Part shown: in pieces, positions 24,675 through 38,014 of the stretch
Layout: each line of letters starts with the position of its first letter
Position numbering within the stretch: the first letter of the stretch is position 1
Assembly: GCA_038087875.1 (NCBI GenBank)
Contig: CM075990.1
Coordinates: 2,172,001 to 2,236,000, forward strand
Reading direction: 5' to 3'
From: Malacoraja senta
Taxonomy: Eukaryota
DNA length: 64,000 nucleotides
The notes under the pieces: model-generated
Told to the model about the DNA's origin: nothing
Seen by the model: only the letters and a program-made list of their open reading frames with translations
The model's database searches: none
Made by a program: the position numbers and the translations under genes

Positions 24675-25578
24675 TTGAGAAACAGCAAAGAAACAGGCCC
24701 TTTGGCCCACCGAGTCCATGCCGACCATCGATCACCCGCTCACATTAGTTCTACATTATCCCACTTTCTCATCCGCTCCTTACACACCAGAGGGCCAATT
24801 AACCCACAAACCCGCACGTCTTTGAGATGCGGGAGGAAACCGGGCCACCCGGAGGAAACCCACGCGGTCACACAGGGAGAACGTATAAACTCCGCACGGA
24901 CAGCACCCGGTAGTCAGGATCGAACCTGGGTCTCTGGCGCTGTTAGGCAGCGGCTCTACCACTGTACCACCAAGCCACCCTCGTACTTTACTGTGTCTTA
25001 ATGAGTTGTAAAACATTATAATGAGGGAGATGGGAACAGTTTCGGTAGAGATGAATAATCTGGCTGGGGTTTGCGGGTCATTTGGGACAAATCAGGTTTA
25101 AGTTGTAAAATTTGAGTAAATTAGGCATGGTTGGTTGAAGCCAACAGTAAGAGAGCTAACTGTTCTAGGGGATTGAGTAATGGGTCATTTTTAAAATTTC
25201 AAAAATAATCCTTATTCAGAATTAAAAACAAATATACAAAACAAAAACTGTGTTTAATAAAAACATTTCAGATATTCTAAATGTCTATATAGTGTCATAC
25301 TCAGTATAGTTTAGAGATACAGCATGGAAACAGGCCCTTCGGCCCACAGAGTCCGTTCACACTAGTTCTATGTTATCCCACTTTCTCATCCACTCCCTAC
25401 ACACTAGGGGGCAATTTACAGAAGCCAATTAACCTACAAACCCGCACGTCTTTGGGACGTGGGAGGAAACCCACGCGGTCACAGGGAGAACGTACAAACT
25501 CTGTGCAGACAGCACCTGAAGTCGAGAACGAACCGGGGTCTCTGGCGCTGTGAGGCAGCAATTCTACTGCTACGCCAC
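24675..25578 (-). mobile_element. Two V-SINEs (24675-24975 and 25308-25578)
   Basis: Reverse-complement SINE motifs. Confidence 0.8.
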
Positions 25579-26168
25579 TTAAATCTGGAGGTATGTGTTT
25601 TCATACTTGTGTACCTCTTGCCTGAAAAGAGGTTCTGTCTCCCCGTGTTCTCCGGGTGCTGCTGTTTCCTCCCGCCCTTCAAAGACATACAAGTTTTGTT
25701 GATTAATTGACATTAGTTAAATTTGTAAATGATCCGCAGTGTATAGGATGGAACTTGTGTACGGGGCGATCGCTGGTCAGCGCGGAGTTGGTGGAGTTGG
25801 TTAGAAACCTGTTTCTAAGTAACTAAAGCAAAGTTGCTATTCGGGGAAAAAGCAGCAGGTTTTGCCTTGAAAAGGGCATTGAGAAGCTGGGCAGCATCAG
25901 CTTTGAAGTAGCATGTTTAAAAAATGTAAACTGAATTCAAATGCTTAAAGTGGTATTTGATCTGTCATCCTGCACATTACTATATGAGTCGTGCTGCTAA
26001 CACCACACTGCCCCAGGCACAGACAGTTCTTGGAACCCAATCACAGACTCATTGAAACAGAACGTCTAACATTCTGAAGTTGTGATCCAAACAGGACCTT
26101 GCTTTCCCGAATAAGGATCTGAGACCTCATTAGAGCATTACGCCTCCAATGAGGTAATTCATTATTAC

Positions 26169-26316
26169 TACACACACACACACACTCACACACACATATA
26201 TATATACACACACACACACTCACACACACATATATATACACACACACACACACTCACACACAGACACACACACACAGACACACACATATTTACACACACA
26301 AACACACACACACACA

Positions 26317-26372
<56 letters not shown>

Positions 26373-26457
26373 TACACACACATATATATATACACACATA
26401 TACACACATACACACAGACACACACATACAGACACACACATATTTACACACACACAA

Positions 26458-26489
<32 letters not shown>

Positions 26490-26499
26490 ACACACACAT

Positions 26500-26569
<70 letters not shown>

Positions 26570-26657
26570 ACACACACATATTTACACACACACACACACA
26601 TATTTACACACAGACACACATGTTCACACATGCATGCACAGACACACAGATACATAT

Positions 26658-26693
<36 letters not shown>

Positions 26694-26891
26694 GCACACA
26701 GACACATACACACACACACACACAGAAACAGAAAGAATCTATCAAAGTTGATTAGTACGGGTGTCAGAGGTTATGGGGAGAAGGCAGGAGAATGGGGTTA
26801 GGAGAGAGAGATAGATCAGCCATGATTGAATGGCGGAGTAAACTTGATGGGCCGAATGGTCTAATTCTGCTCCTATCACTTATGATCTTAT

Positions 26892-26985
<94 letters not shown>

Positions 26986-27232
26986 ACACACCCACCCAGA
27001 CAAACACACATCCAGACTAATACACACATAGACTAACACACAGACACACACACAAACTCACACACATGGGCACAAACTTATACACACCGCACACACACAC
27101 ATATACACCGCACACAAACACACACCCAGCAAACACACACCCAGACAAACACACACCCAGACAAACACACACCCAGACTAATACACACATAGACTAACAC
27201 AGACACACACACAAACTCACACACACACACAC
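26169..27232. repeat. (CA)n/(TA)n microsatellite blocks (26169-26725 and 26894-27232) separated by a CR1 tail
   Basis: Read directly. Confidence 0.95.
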
Positions 27233-27639
27233 TTCAGGGAAACAGCTAATCGCAGAGTCACGAGATGCATGGAGGGTGTTTAAATGAATCATACATAGCT
27301 GCTCCAAGTACACACAGCCTTCAACACAATGCTGCTCTTTTTGGAACTTAACCCTTGGAGAGCTGAAGTCCCAGATTATTTTAAACGAGTAAACTATTGC
27401 CATTTCAGCTAACAAATGGGCCTTGTGTTGCAGCCTTGCAGCTTCGGAGCACAGGCACAGAGACTTCTCATTCAGTGTGGAGACGAACAGGAACCTCCCG
27501 TGAAGTTACCTCACCCCCCGCCCCACTCCCGACAGTGGGGCGACTTTACCAACAGAATTCATTCCTTCTTCTCCCCTCTCCCCTCTCCCCTCAGGCAAGA
27601 GGCGCAGAAGTTCAAAATTGCAAAGAGTTTCTTTTAGAT

Positions 27640-27856
27640 CGAAGATGGACACAAGATGCTGGAGTAACTCAGCGGGACGGGCAGCATCTCTGGAGAGATG
27701 GAATAGGTGACGTTTCGGGTCGAGGCCCTTCTTCAGTCTCGACCCGAAACGTCACCCATTCCTTCTCTCCACAGATGCTGCCCGTCCCGCTAAGTTACTC
27801 CAGCGTTTTGTGTCTATCTTTGATTTAAACCAGCATCTGCAGTTCCTTCCTACACA
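27640..27856. mobile_element. Penelope-derived hairpin element (subfamily B)
   Basis: Inverted arms, with a minus-strand core ctgaagaagggcctcgacccgaaacgtc at 27709-27736. Confidence 0.75.
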
Positions 27857-28254
27857 AGAGTTTAATTTAGTTTAGAAAACAGGGAGAACGTACAAACTCT
27901 GTATGGGTGCTGTCTGTACGGAGTTTGCACGTTCTCCCCGTGACCGTGTGGGTTTTCAGTGGGTGCTCCGGTTTCCCCCCCACCCTCCAAAGACGTACAG
28001 GTTTGTAGGTTAATTGGCTTGGTGTGTGTGTAAATTGTCCCCAGTGTGTGTAGGGTAAGTGTTTGTGTGCGGGGATCGCTGGTCGGTGCCGAATCGGTCT
28101 GTTTCCGCGTTGTATCTTTAATCTAAACTAAACTGCCTCGGCGCTCTTCAGCGGCCTGGGTTCAATGCTGACCACGGGTGCTGTCAGTGTGGAGTTCGCA
28201 CGTTCTCTCTGGGAGTGCGTCCCTGTGGAGCTCCATTTCCTCCCACATTAAGAT

Positions 28255-28860
28255 TGATACAGAAGGCGTCAGGTGTGCTTGCTTTCATAGATTGCAGCAT
28301 CAACTACAAGAGTCAGGAAGTCATGATGCAGTTCTATAGGACTTTGGTTAGACCGCGTGTGAAGCGTTGCGTGCAGTTCTGGTCGCCCCCATTACAAGAA
28401 GGATGTGGAAGAATTGGAGAGTGTGCAGAGGAGCTTTACCAGAACGATGCCGGGATTAGGGGGTGTCAGCTACTGGAAGAGTTTGGACAGACTTGGTTTG
28501 TTTTCTCTGAAACACCAGAGGTTGAGGGGAGGGTTGATAGAAGTATATAGAATTATGAGAGGCATAGAACAAATTCTATTCGGACAGTTGGAATTTTTTT
28601 TACCAGGATGGAAAAATCAAATACTAGAGGGCATTGTATTTATAGTGAGAGAGTCAAAGATCAAAGGAGATGTGTGGAGGAAGGTTTTTTTTAACACGGG
28701 GTAATGAATATCTGGAAGGCGTTGTCAGGTTGGAGAGTGAAGCAGTTACATCAGTGGCATTTTAAAGACTTTTGCATAAGCATATGGATATGCAGGGAAT
28801 GGAGGGATAAGGGTTATTTGTAGATGTGATGGTCTTGGCATTTACATTCGGCACAGATGA
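28255..28860 (+). mobile_element. Older, frameshifted CR1 3' fragment
   Basis: KSQEVMMQFYRTLVRP...VQFWSP / LESVQRSFTR..PGL...RLRGGLIEVYRIMRG. Confidence 0.82.
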
Positions 28861-28865
28861 AGGAT

Positions 28866-29145
28866 GGCACGGTGGCGCAGAGTTGCTGCCTTGCAGCGCC
28901 AGACTCGGGTCCAATCCTGACCTTGTGCGTTGTCTTTGTGGAGTTTGCACGTTCTCCCTGTGACCACGTGGGTTTTCTCCGGGTGCTCCGGTTTCCTCCC
29001 ACACTCCAAAGACCTGCAGATTTCTGGGTTAATTGGCTTCTGTAAATTGGCCCGAGTGTGTAGGGTAGAACGAGTGTGCGGGGATCGTTGGTCGGCATGG
29101 ACCCGGTGGGCCGAAGGGCCTGTTTCTGCGCTGTATCTCTAAAAC
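28866..29145 (+). mobile_element. V-SINE (HE1-like)
   Basis: Head, V-domain and tail. Confidence 0.82.
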
Positions 29146-29469
29146 TATACACTAAAATCTAAAGTTATCAGTGCCCACATGGAACAATGCGAGCACCGTG
29201 TGAAACTATAAATATAAGAAAGCAAAGTCCTTCGCAGTATTAGACAGTCTTGCTTATAATCAGTTTATCCATGCTGTTTCCGTGTTGTATCTTTAAACTA
29301 AAGGGCCAGTTCTGCGCTGTACTGTTCTATGTTCTCGCGCAAAGGTCGTTAGGATAATTAGCTGCTAATGACAACCGCTGGTGTGGTTGGGTGTGGGGAC
29401 TATCTCAGGGCTACTGTTGCCCGAGTGATCTCTCCTTCCTCTGCCTCTGAAACCTCCTCCATCCCGTGA

Positions 29470-29876
29470 TGCTCCTACCGCCCTTGTCCCGTATTTGACT
29501 GCTACTACTCGGGTCGAGGGGACTGTCGGGTCGGAGCGCCGCGTCCGGCCCCGCCTCACCCATCCTGACGTAGTGCAGCCCATGGAGTGCAGCAGCAGCA
29601 CCTCGCCAGTGGCCCCGTCGGTCGGTAGCCCGGCCAGCTGTCCGACCTTCGGACCTTCGCTTACTACCGCCAACACCACCACCCCTCCTTCTCATGGCCG
29701 ATCATCGCCCGTGCCAAAACCCAGCTGGTCCCGCCGGCTGGGCTTTGTGTGCTGTCCAGCACCCGGGCCAACTCATCATTCACCCAGCCGAGTCGGCCAA
29801 CTAATTGTCGTCGGGAGTTTGTCCCTTATTTTGACTTTTAGTCCCTTATTTGGGAGTGATAAAGTTGGCGACCCTA
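29470..29876. mobile_element. Partial non-autonomous hAT (Blackjack-like) element
   Basis: Right end agttggcgacccta is the reverse complement of a TAGGGT.GCCAACT-type TIR. Subterminal gtccc(t/g)tattt repeats are present. The left TIR is not seen. Confidence 0.5.
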
Positions 29877-29935
29877 TGCTTCTGCCACTGTGCTCCCTTC
29901 TAATTAAGGCCTTCTGCACAATCCTAATTCGAACT

Positions 29936-30131
29936 ATGTACAGGAAAGAACTGCAGATGCTGGCTTAAACCAAAGAGAGACACAAAAAGCTGGAGTAACT
30001 CAGCGGGTCAGACAGCATCTCTGGAGGAAAGGAACAGGTGATGTTTCGGGTCGAGACCCTTCTTTGTCTATTCCTATCTCTCCAGAGATGCTGTCTGACC
30101 CACTGAGTTACTCCAGCTTTTTGTGTCTATC
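29936..30131. mobile_element. Penelope-derived hairpin element (subfamily B)
   Basis: Inverted arms agacacaaaaagctggagtaactcag / ctgagttactccagctttttgtgtct. Confidence 0.75.
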
Positions 30132-30679
30132 CCCAGTTAGAACTAGTCGGTGACTGGGAGCTGTGCAATGAACAGCCTGGACTTTAGTTCAGTTAAGAGA
30201 TACATCGTGGAAACAGTCCCTTCGGCCCACCGAGTCCGTGCTGACCAGCGATGTCCATACACTAACACTGTCCTACACACACTAGGGACATTTCGCCACT
30301 TGAGTCCTGGTAATTATCTCTCTCGATTAAAAGTGCTGCTTTGATGATCTTCTGCTATAGATATTAATAGAGTCTGTTTCATAACTTCCTTTTGAAGTGA
30401 TGTCAGATCTTTGTGCTAAATTGGCTGCATAATTACAAGTTTTTAATGCTGGCCCACGAGAGATGAAATGGTTCTCATCATTAGAGCAGAGAGCAGAGAG
30501 GTCTGGGGGAAGAGAAGAACTCACAGCCTTCTGCTCTCCCCCCGACACTTTGTTTTATATTATTTTAGTTTAGAGATACAGCGCAGAAACATGGGGAGAA
30601 GGCAGGAGAATGGGGTTAGGAGGGAGAGATAGATCAGCTTTAATTGGATGGGCCGAATGGCATAATACTGCTCCCACCA

Positions 30680-30937
30680 AGACCGTGCCGACCAGTGATC
30701 CCCGCACATTAACACTATCATACACACACATTAGAGACAATTTTATAATTTTACAAAGCCAATTAACTTACAAACCTGTACGTCTTTGAAGTGTGGGAGG
30801 AAACCAGAGCACCCGGAGAAAACCCATATGGTCACAGGGAGAACGTACAAACTCTATACAGACAGCACCAGTAGTCAGGATTGAACCCGGGTCTCTGGCG
30901 CTGTGAGGCATCAACTCTACCGCTGCTCCACCGTGCT
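30680..30937 (-). mobile_element. V-SINE (HE1-like)
   Basis: Reverse-complement SINE motifs. Confidence 0.82.
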
Positions 30938-31200
30938 GTCTTTGGTCGTGTAGATCTTGCCTATTATGGACCTTAGCATCATCTCTCCTCAAACAGCCAA
31001 AAGTAAACATGCTCGGCAAACCTCCCCTTGAGATATTTTCCTTATTCCCAAAGATAAAAGAGTAAAATTCCAGGCCATTAAAATTCCAGCCCTCTCTTGC
31101 TTATAATCAGATAGCCTCCATTTTCTAAATTTTAAATATCGACATTTCCTACGTTACAATTGTAATAACATTTTAAAAGCACCTAATTGTCAGTGAAGTA

Positions 31201-31538
31201 TAGGTCCACCACTGATTTTCCGGCTCCCTTGGTTCCAGAGCCTTGCCGTATTATCCGTTTTGCCGGAACAACAGAGGTCACGGATTTGGGGGAAGCCGGC
31301 TATGGGAACGGATCTGCCAGCTCTAGCCGTCCCGGACTTCCAGATCCCCGGGGCAAATTCCACCCGCCGATCGGCTGCCACACCCGGTCTAGGCGCCACA
31401 TTCTCGGGGGGGGCTTCCGGGGGGGGGGGGGGGGGGGGGGTAGTGGGGGGGGGGGGATTTCAAGTGCACTCTCGGAATTTTGACCGGATTAAAAGAGGTT
31501 CCGGACCACCAGTTGCTCGAAAATCGGTGGTGGGCCTG
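31201..31538. mobile_element. Tc1/mariner-pogo-type MITE with TA target duplication; partial second copy at 23741-23827
   Basis: TA|taggtccaccactgattttc ... gaaaatcggtggtgggcctg|TA, with ~40-bp imperfect TIRs. Confidence 0.75.
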
Positions 31539-31717
31539 TATACTGCGGTTGTCCTGGGTGCTGGTTTTATTGAAGCTGTCGTTTTATAATCTGGAGTCTC
31601 TCGGATTCTCATTGAGCGAGGGAGTGCAGAGGTCTGTCGAGGCCACAGTTCTGGCACGTTCGTTCGCATGGCAACAAGTTCTGATATCTCTTCGTTCCAA
31701 ATGAGGAGTCCAGTTAG

Positions 31718-31923
31718 AAACAAAATGCTGGAGTAACTCAGCGGGTCAGGCAGCATCTCCGGAGAGAAGGAATGGGTGACGTTCTGGGTCGAGACCCTTC
31801 ATCAGATCCCGAAACGTCACCTATTCCTTCTCTCCAGAGATGCTGCCTGACCCGCTGAGTTACTCCAGCATTTTGTGTCTACCTTCGGTTTAAACCAGCA
31901 TCTGCAGATCCTTCCAACACAAC
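31718..31923. mobile_element. Penelope-derived hairpin element (subfamily B) with 8-bp TSD
   Basis: Inverted arms, with ccagttag at 31710-31717 and 31924-31931. Confidence 0.75.
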
Positions 31924-32402
31924 CCAGTTAGTTGTGTTATTTTCCCTTCCCACGCAGAGACGCACCACTGATCAAAATATTTGTTCAAAGTAAAGTAAAC
32001 CCTGACGTATTTGGGGAGGCACGGTGGTGCGTCTGGTCGGTCTGCACTGACTTGTCACCCTCTTTTGCATCAGTGGTGCTTTATGTTCACTTGTGCAAAA
32101 GTATCTTTCACGTCGCCAAGTTTGGCGCCATTTTCAAAGTCCAGTCCAAGCTCTAGGCCTTCTGCGGCAGTTCCCCCCTCCAGGCGAGGCCCAGGCTGCT
32201 GTTGGGCCTCCATTGAACCTCCAGCGAACCGTCGCCCCTCTCTACCCGACGAGACCCGGGTTTGATCCTGACTACGGGCGCTGTCTGTGCAGGGTATGTT
32301 CTCCCTGTGACCGTGTGGGTTTTCACCGGGTGCTCCGGTTTCCTCCCAAATTCCAAAGGTACAGGTTTGCCCCTGTGACTACATTGTGTATTTATTGATT
32401 CA

Positions 32403-32850
32403 TGAGTTAAGATATGATGAGCGTTTGACGGCACTGGACTTGTGCTCACTGGAGTTCAGAAGGCTGAGGAGGGACCTTCTTGAAACATCAAATAGTGAAA
32501 GGCCTGGATAGAGTGGATGTGGAGAGGATATTTCCACTGGTGGGAGAATCTAGGATCAGTGGCCATAGGCTCAGAATAAAAGGATATACCTTTTCTTCGA
32601 TGAGGAGGAATGTCTTTAGTCAGAGGGTGGTGAATCTGTGGAATTCATCGCCACAGACGGCTGTGGAGGCCAAGTCAATGGATGTTTTTAAGGCTGAGAT
32701 TGACAGATTCTTGGTCAGTACGGGTGTCAGGGGTTACGGGGAGAAGGCAGGAGAATGTGGTTGAGAGGGAAAGATAGATCAGGCATGATTGAATGGCGGA
32801 GTAGAGTTGATGGGCCGAATGGCCTAATTCTGCTCCTATCACTTATGAAC
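32403..32850 (+). mobile_element. CR1 3' fragment
   Basis: IVKGLDRVDVERIFPLVGESR..GH.LRIKG...FSQRVVNLWNS followed by a 3'UTR. Confidence 0.85.
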
Positions 32851-32988
32851 GTGCGTGGGGAGTTTGGGAAGGTGAGAGGCAGCGGATTGGAGCTTTGGAC
32901 TTTCCCTGCAATGCAGGAAGGTGGGATTCTAGTGTCCCAGCCCTAGCATCGTAAGTACATGAAGTTATGGACGGTGGCGCAGTGGTAG

Positions 32989-33275
32989 AGCTCCTGCCTT
33001 ACAGCGCCAGAGTCCCGGCTTCGACCCTGGCTATGGCTACTGTCTGTATGGAGTTTGTACGTTCTCACCTTGACCTGCGTGGGTTTTTCACCGAGACCTT
33101 CCGTTTCCTCCCACACTCCAAAGACGTGCAGGTTTGTAGGTTAATTGGCTTGGTACAAATGTACAAATTGTCCCTAGTGTAGGATAGCTTTAATGTGCGG
33201 GGATCGCTGGTCGGTGTGGACTCAGTGGGCCGAATGGCCTGTTTCCACACTGTATCTCGATACTAAACTAAAGTA
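32989..33275 (+). mobile_element. V-SINE (HE1-like)
   Basis: Head, V-domain and tail. Confidence 0.82.
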
Positions 33276-33745
33276 AGCTAAGTGAATGTATGTAGGCAGT
33301 TTCTACCATATAGATGTGTCATGGGAATTCATTGTGAGTTGCAGACAAATGCATAATAGAAGATATAAATCCCACTGTTTCTTTGATCCTGTCTCGAACA
33401 ATAGATGGTGGAAAAGGTCATTGTTCACAACAAGGGAAGGGCGTTACTTCAGGTTGATCAGTCGACCTTGTTGCAAATATTGTGCAGAAAGGAACTGCAG
33501 ATGCTGGTTTACACCGAAGATAGAGACAATAGCTCAGCGGGACAGGCAGCATCTCTGGAGAGAATGGGTGACGTTCTGGGTTGAGACCCTTATACAGACC
33601 AAATATTATATTTACAAATACTGACGTGTATATGCCCCATGGGAGCTTGGATAGTTTCAGCACCTTGACCATGCCTCTGCCTTGTTCCCGATCAGCTACA
33701 GGATTACAGCAAGTCTTGTGTCTGGACGTAACTGAACTATCTAAC

Positions 33746-35221
33746 AATGGTACAAAATTTTGAGAAATTTTAAAAATCAAGTCTGCAATTTATCCCATCA
33801 GATAAAGCATAAAAATAAGTTTAATTTGACACCTGATTCACTTTCATATCTTCAGTATTAAAAAAGTTATGGCCATTTTCATACTCTGAAATTAGCATCT
33901 TGTTCCCTATTGCTTTTCCATTGACTTAACTCAAAAGCCCATAACTTTCTTGAAAATTAAGAGAACTGAAAGAAATTTTCAGATATTATAGATTGAAACA
34001 TTCTGAAACAAATATGAAACAATCTTACTTGGATGACCTGAAATTAAAGCATATAATTAGTTAGTTACATAATTGTAGCTAATTACAAAATTCAATTACT
34101 AGATCTAATCTATCCATTTCTTAAGAAAAGGTTAACATTTTTAAATAGCCTAAGTGTCCAAATAACATTCACACAAGAATTCACAATATAACATGATTTT
34201 TAAATCTCATTGTCATGGATTTATAGGCCAAATGGAAGGAATTTAGTGTTTAATTCCTGTAAATTAATGGCCATTTTAATCATCAAGCAAGCAAAATAAC
34301 TGGCAAAACTCAAAATCAATTATCAGTACTTCACACCCAGGCAGTTAAAAGGAAAGCCAACCTCATTACACAGGATCCCACCCACCCCCTGCACAAGTCC
34401 TTCCAACTTCTGCCATCAGGCCACCGATATAAAGTCCCCCTATCTAAGAAAAACATCCATAAAAACTCATTCATACCCAAAGCTTAAATAAAAAATGAAC
34501 AATGGACAAATTAACCCTGACGCACTGTCACTTTACACGTATCCACAACTTTCATCTTGTCTATTTTTACAGTTTTTAATCCTTATACTTGCTTTTAAGA
34601 TCTATACACACGGTGTGTGCTCGCAGAAATCTGTGTTGTATGACTGCTTATCAGTACATTGTCCTGTTTGTATGTTGAGCCACGCCAAAGAAGATTTTCT
34701 GTTACAACAGACAATAAAGTTTTCTGAATCTGAATCTGAATCTGAATCTTGCGAGTGGGTTTTTGTGGAACGCGATCGATTGGAACGTTGCGGTTTGCGG
34801 TGAATTTAAACCCCATATCGGCAGGAAAAACACTGCCGGTTCGTATGGGGCCCAAATCACATTTTCGCAATGTGAAATTTTGATTAAAGTCATCCTAAGA
34901 AGCACGTTTATATGTAAAATAAACGACTTACCTTGCTTTGTCCCGTACGTGAGATCCGTTCCGTTGCCTGCGTTGACGGCGTTAGAAGTCGCTTTTTATT
35001 TTACTCCAGCGTTGAAATTGTCCCGCGGTTTAAAGAAAAACTTCAGAGAATGGCAGTCGGAACGAATTTTCAGCATCAGGTGGAAGCCCGAGAAAATATA
35101 TCTCAGACAGGCAGGAGAAAACGGCATTTTAATCCCGCCCCCCTCCTCAAAGGCGCCAAAGTCGCGCACACGGCCAGTGACAGAACTGCAGCGCCGCTGA
35201 AGGTAAGTTTTGTAACATACC
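33746..35221. mobile_element. Putative non-autonomous DNA transposon, superfamily unresolved
   Basis: AT-rich left half and CpG-rich right half. Short imperfect inverted ends atggtacaaaa / ttttgtaacat and internal aaaagttatgg / ccataacttt motifs. It appears to interrupt a LINE 3'UTR. Confidence 0.45.
34284..34748 (+). mobile_element. Rex1/Babar-type LINE 3' end nested in the element above
   Basis: QASKITGK...KANLITQDPTHPLHKSFQLLPSGHRYKVPLSKKNIHKNSFIPKA*, then aataaa and a (ctgaat)n tail. Confidence 0.78.
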
Positions 35222-35371
35222 GAAACTATCGCACCAACAACTAGAGACCAGTCCGAAACTACTATCTATCTCATTGGAGACCTTCGCACAACAATCTTTG
35301 ATCAGACTTTACTGAACTTTATCTTGCACTAAATGTTAATCACGTTACTCCCTTTATCATGTATCTGTACA

Positions 35372-36330
35372 CTGGACCGGACTTCACTGGACCGGACTTA
35401 CCTGGACCGGACTTCACTGTGACCGGACTTCCCTGGACCGGACATCATTGTGACCGGACTTCACTGGACCGGACTTCCCTGGAGTGGACTTCCCTGGAGT
35501 GGACTTCCCTGGAGTGGACTTCACTGTGACCGGACTTCCCTGGACCGGACTTCCCTGGACCGGACTTCCCTGGACCGGACTTCCCTGGACCGGACTTCAC
35601 TGGACTGGACTTACCTGGACCGGACTTCACTGTGACCGGACTTCCCTGGAGTGGACTTCATTGGACTGGACTTCCCTGGACCGGACTTCCCTGGACCGGA
35701 CTTCATTGGACTGGACTTCATTGGACTGGACTTCACTGGACCGGACTTCACTGTGACTGGACTTCACTGGACCGGACTTCCCTGGACCGGACTTCACTGG
35801 ACCGGACTTCCCTGGACCGGACTTCCCTGGACCGGACTTCACTGGACCGGACTTCACGGCACTGGACTTCACTGTGACTGGGCTTCTCTGGACCGGACTT
35901 CCCTGGACCGGACTTCACTGTGACCGGACTTCCCTGGACCAGACTTCACGGCACTGGACTTCACTGTGACTGGACTTCCCTGGACCAGACTTCCCTGTGA
36001 CCGGACTTACCTGGACCGGACTTCCCTGGACTGGACTTCATTGGACCGGACTTCCCTGGACCAGACTTCCCTGGGCCAGACTTCCCTGGACCGGACATCA
36101 TTGTGACTGGACTTCATTGGACCGGACTTCATTGGACCGGACTTCCCTGGACCGGACTTCATTGGACCAGACTTCCCTGGACCAGACTTCCCTGGACCGG
36201 ACTTCCCTGGACCGGACTTCCCTGGGCCAGACTTCCCTGGGGATCGGACTTCATTGGTCCGGACTTCCCTGGGCCAGACTTCCCTGGGCCAGACTTCCCT
36301 GGGGATCGGACTTCCCTGGACCGGACTTCA
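35372..36330. repeat. 15-bp minisatellite, ~63 units, with 16-bp variants
   Basis: Unit ctggaccggacttc(c/a), with the variant ctgtgaccggacttcc interspersed. Confidence 0.97.
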
Positions 36331-36775
36331 GTGGGAGTGTAGTGGAGCGATGGATATGCATGGAATGGAGGGATATGGATTAAGTGCAGGCAGGTGAGAT
36401 CAGTTTAACGGCATCATGTTCAGCACAGACATTGTGGGCTGAAGGGCCTGTTGCTGTGCTGTACTGTTCTATGTGTATGTGTGGACAGAGTGGGTACTGG
36501 TTTAGCATCATTGCTACTGAGCTGTTGTCATGGATATCCTCATTCACGGGAGGTTCCTCCTGATCCTGGGCTCTACTGCTTCATTGATGGCTGCACAGGA
36601 AGAGGCCATTTGTCCCATCAACTTATTTACTCAGAGGGTGGTGAATCTGTGGGATTCATTGCCGCAAAAGGCTGTGGAGGCCAAATCAATGGATAATTTT
36701 AGATTGACAGCTTCTTGATTAGTACGGGTGCCAGGGGTTAAGGGGAGAAGACAGGAGAATGGGGTTGGGAGGGAA

Positions 36776-38014
36776 ACATCTCCAAGTTTGCGGATGACAC
36801 AAAGCTGGGTGGCAGTGTGAGCTGCGAGGAGGATGCTATGAGGCTGCAGGGTGACTTGGATAGGTTGGGTGAGTGGGCAGATGCACGGCAGATGCAGTAT
36901 AATGTGGATAAATGTGAGGTTATCCACATTGGTGGCAAAAACAGGAAGGCAGATTATTATCTGAATGGTGTAGGAAAGAGCTGCAGATGCTGGTTTAAAT
37001 CGAAGGTAGACACAAAATGCTGGAATAACTCAGTGGGACAGGCAGCATCTCTGGTGAATCTCCAGTTACTACAGCATTATCTGAATGGCGTCAGATTAGG
37101 AAAAGGGGAGGTGCAATGAGACCTGGGTGTCCTTGTACATCAGTCACTGAAAGTAAGCATGCAGTTACAGCAGGCAGTGAAGGAAGCTAATGGCATGTTG
37201 GCCTTCATTGCAAGAGGATTTGAGTTTAGGAGCAAGGAGGTCCTACTGCAGTTGTACAGGGCCCTAGTGAGACCACACCTGGAGTATTGGGTGCAGTTTT
37301 GGACTCCTAATTTGAGGAAGGACATTCTTGCTATTGAGGGAGTGCAGCGTAGGTTCACCAGGTTAATTCCTGGGATGGCGGGACTGACATATGATGAAAG
37401 AATGGGTCGCCTGGGCTTGTATTCACTGGAATTTAGAAGGATGAGAGGAGGTCTTATAGAAACATATACAAATCTTAAAGGATTGGACAGGCTAGATGCA
37501 GGAAAAATGTTCCCGATGTTGGGTGAGTCCAGAACCAGGGGTCACAGTTTAAGAATAAGGGGTAGGCCATTTAGGACTGAGATGAGGAAAAACTTTTTTC
37601 ATCCAGAGAGTTGTGAATCTGTGGAATTCTCTGCCACAGAAGGTAGTGGAGATGTNNNNNNNNNNNNNNNNNNNNNNNNNNNNNNNNNNNNNNNNNNNNN
37701 NNNNNNNNNNNNNNNNNNNNNNNNNNNNNNNNNNNNNNNNNNNNNNNNNNNNNNNNNNNNNNNNNNNNNNNNNNNNNNNNNNNNNNNNNNNNNNNNNNNN
37801 NNNNNNNNNNNNNNNNNNNNNNNNNNNNNNNNNNNNNNNNNNNNNNNNNNNNNNNAGAGAGAGCTAGATAGGGCTCTTAAAGATAGCGGAGTCAGGAGAT
37901 ATGGGGAGAAGGCAGGAACGGGGTACTGATTGGGGATGATCAGCCATGATCACATTGAATGGCGGTGCTGGCTCGAAGGGCCGAATGGCCTCCTCCTGCA
38001 CCTATTGTCTATTG
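36776..38014 (+). mobile_element. Longest CR1 fragment (RT C-terminal part to 3' tail), containing a Penelope-derived insert and a gap
   Basis: SKFADDTKLGG...LQGDLDRLGEWA..QMQYNVDKC...LYRALVRPHLEY.VQFW. The insert at 36972-37075 has the TSD attatctgaatgg(t/c)gt. Confidence 0.92.
37656..37855. other. Assembly gap (200 N)
   Basis: Run of N. Confidence 1.

Noticed and set aside
35445..36383. WTGLP / DRTSL / KSGPG repeat proteins
   Set aside because: These are read-throughs of a 15-bp minisatellite, and the 16-bp variants shift the frame repeatedly.
37656..37855. Mis-join at the second gap
   Set aside because: The CR1 resumes about 25 bp further along its consensus, and the host CR1 tail continues at 38015, which fits a correct join.
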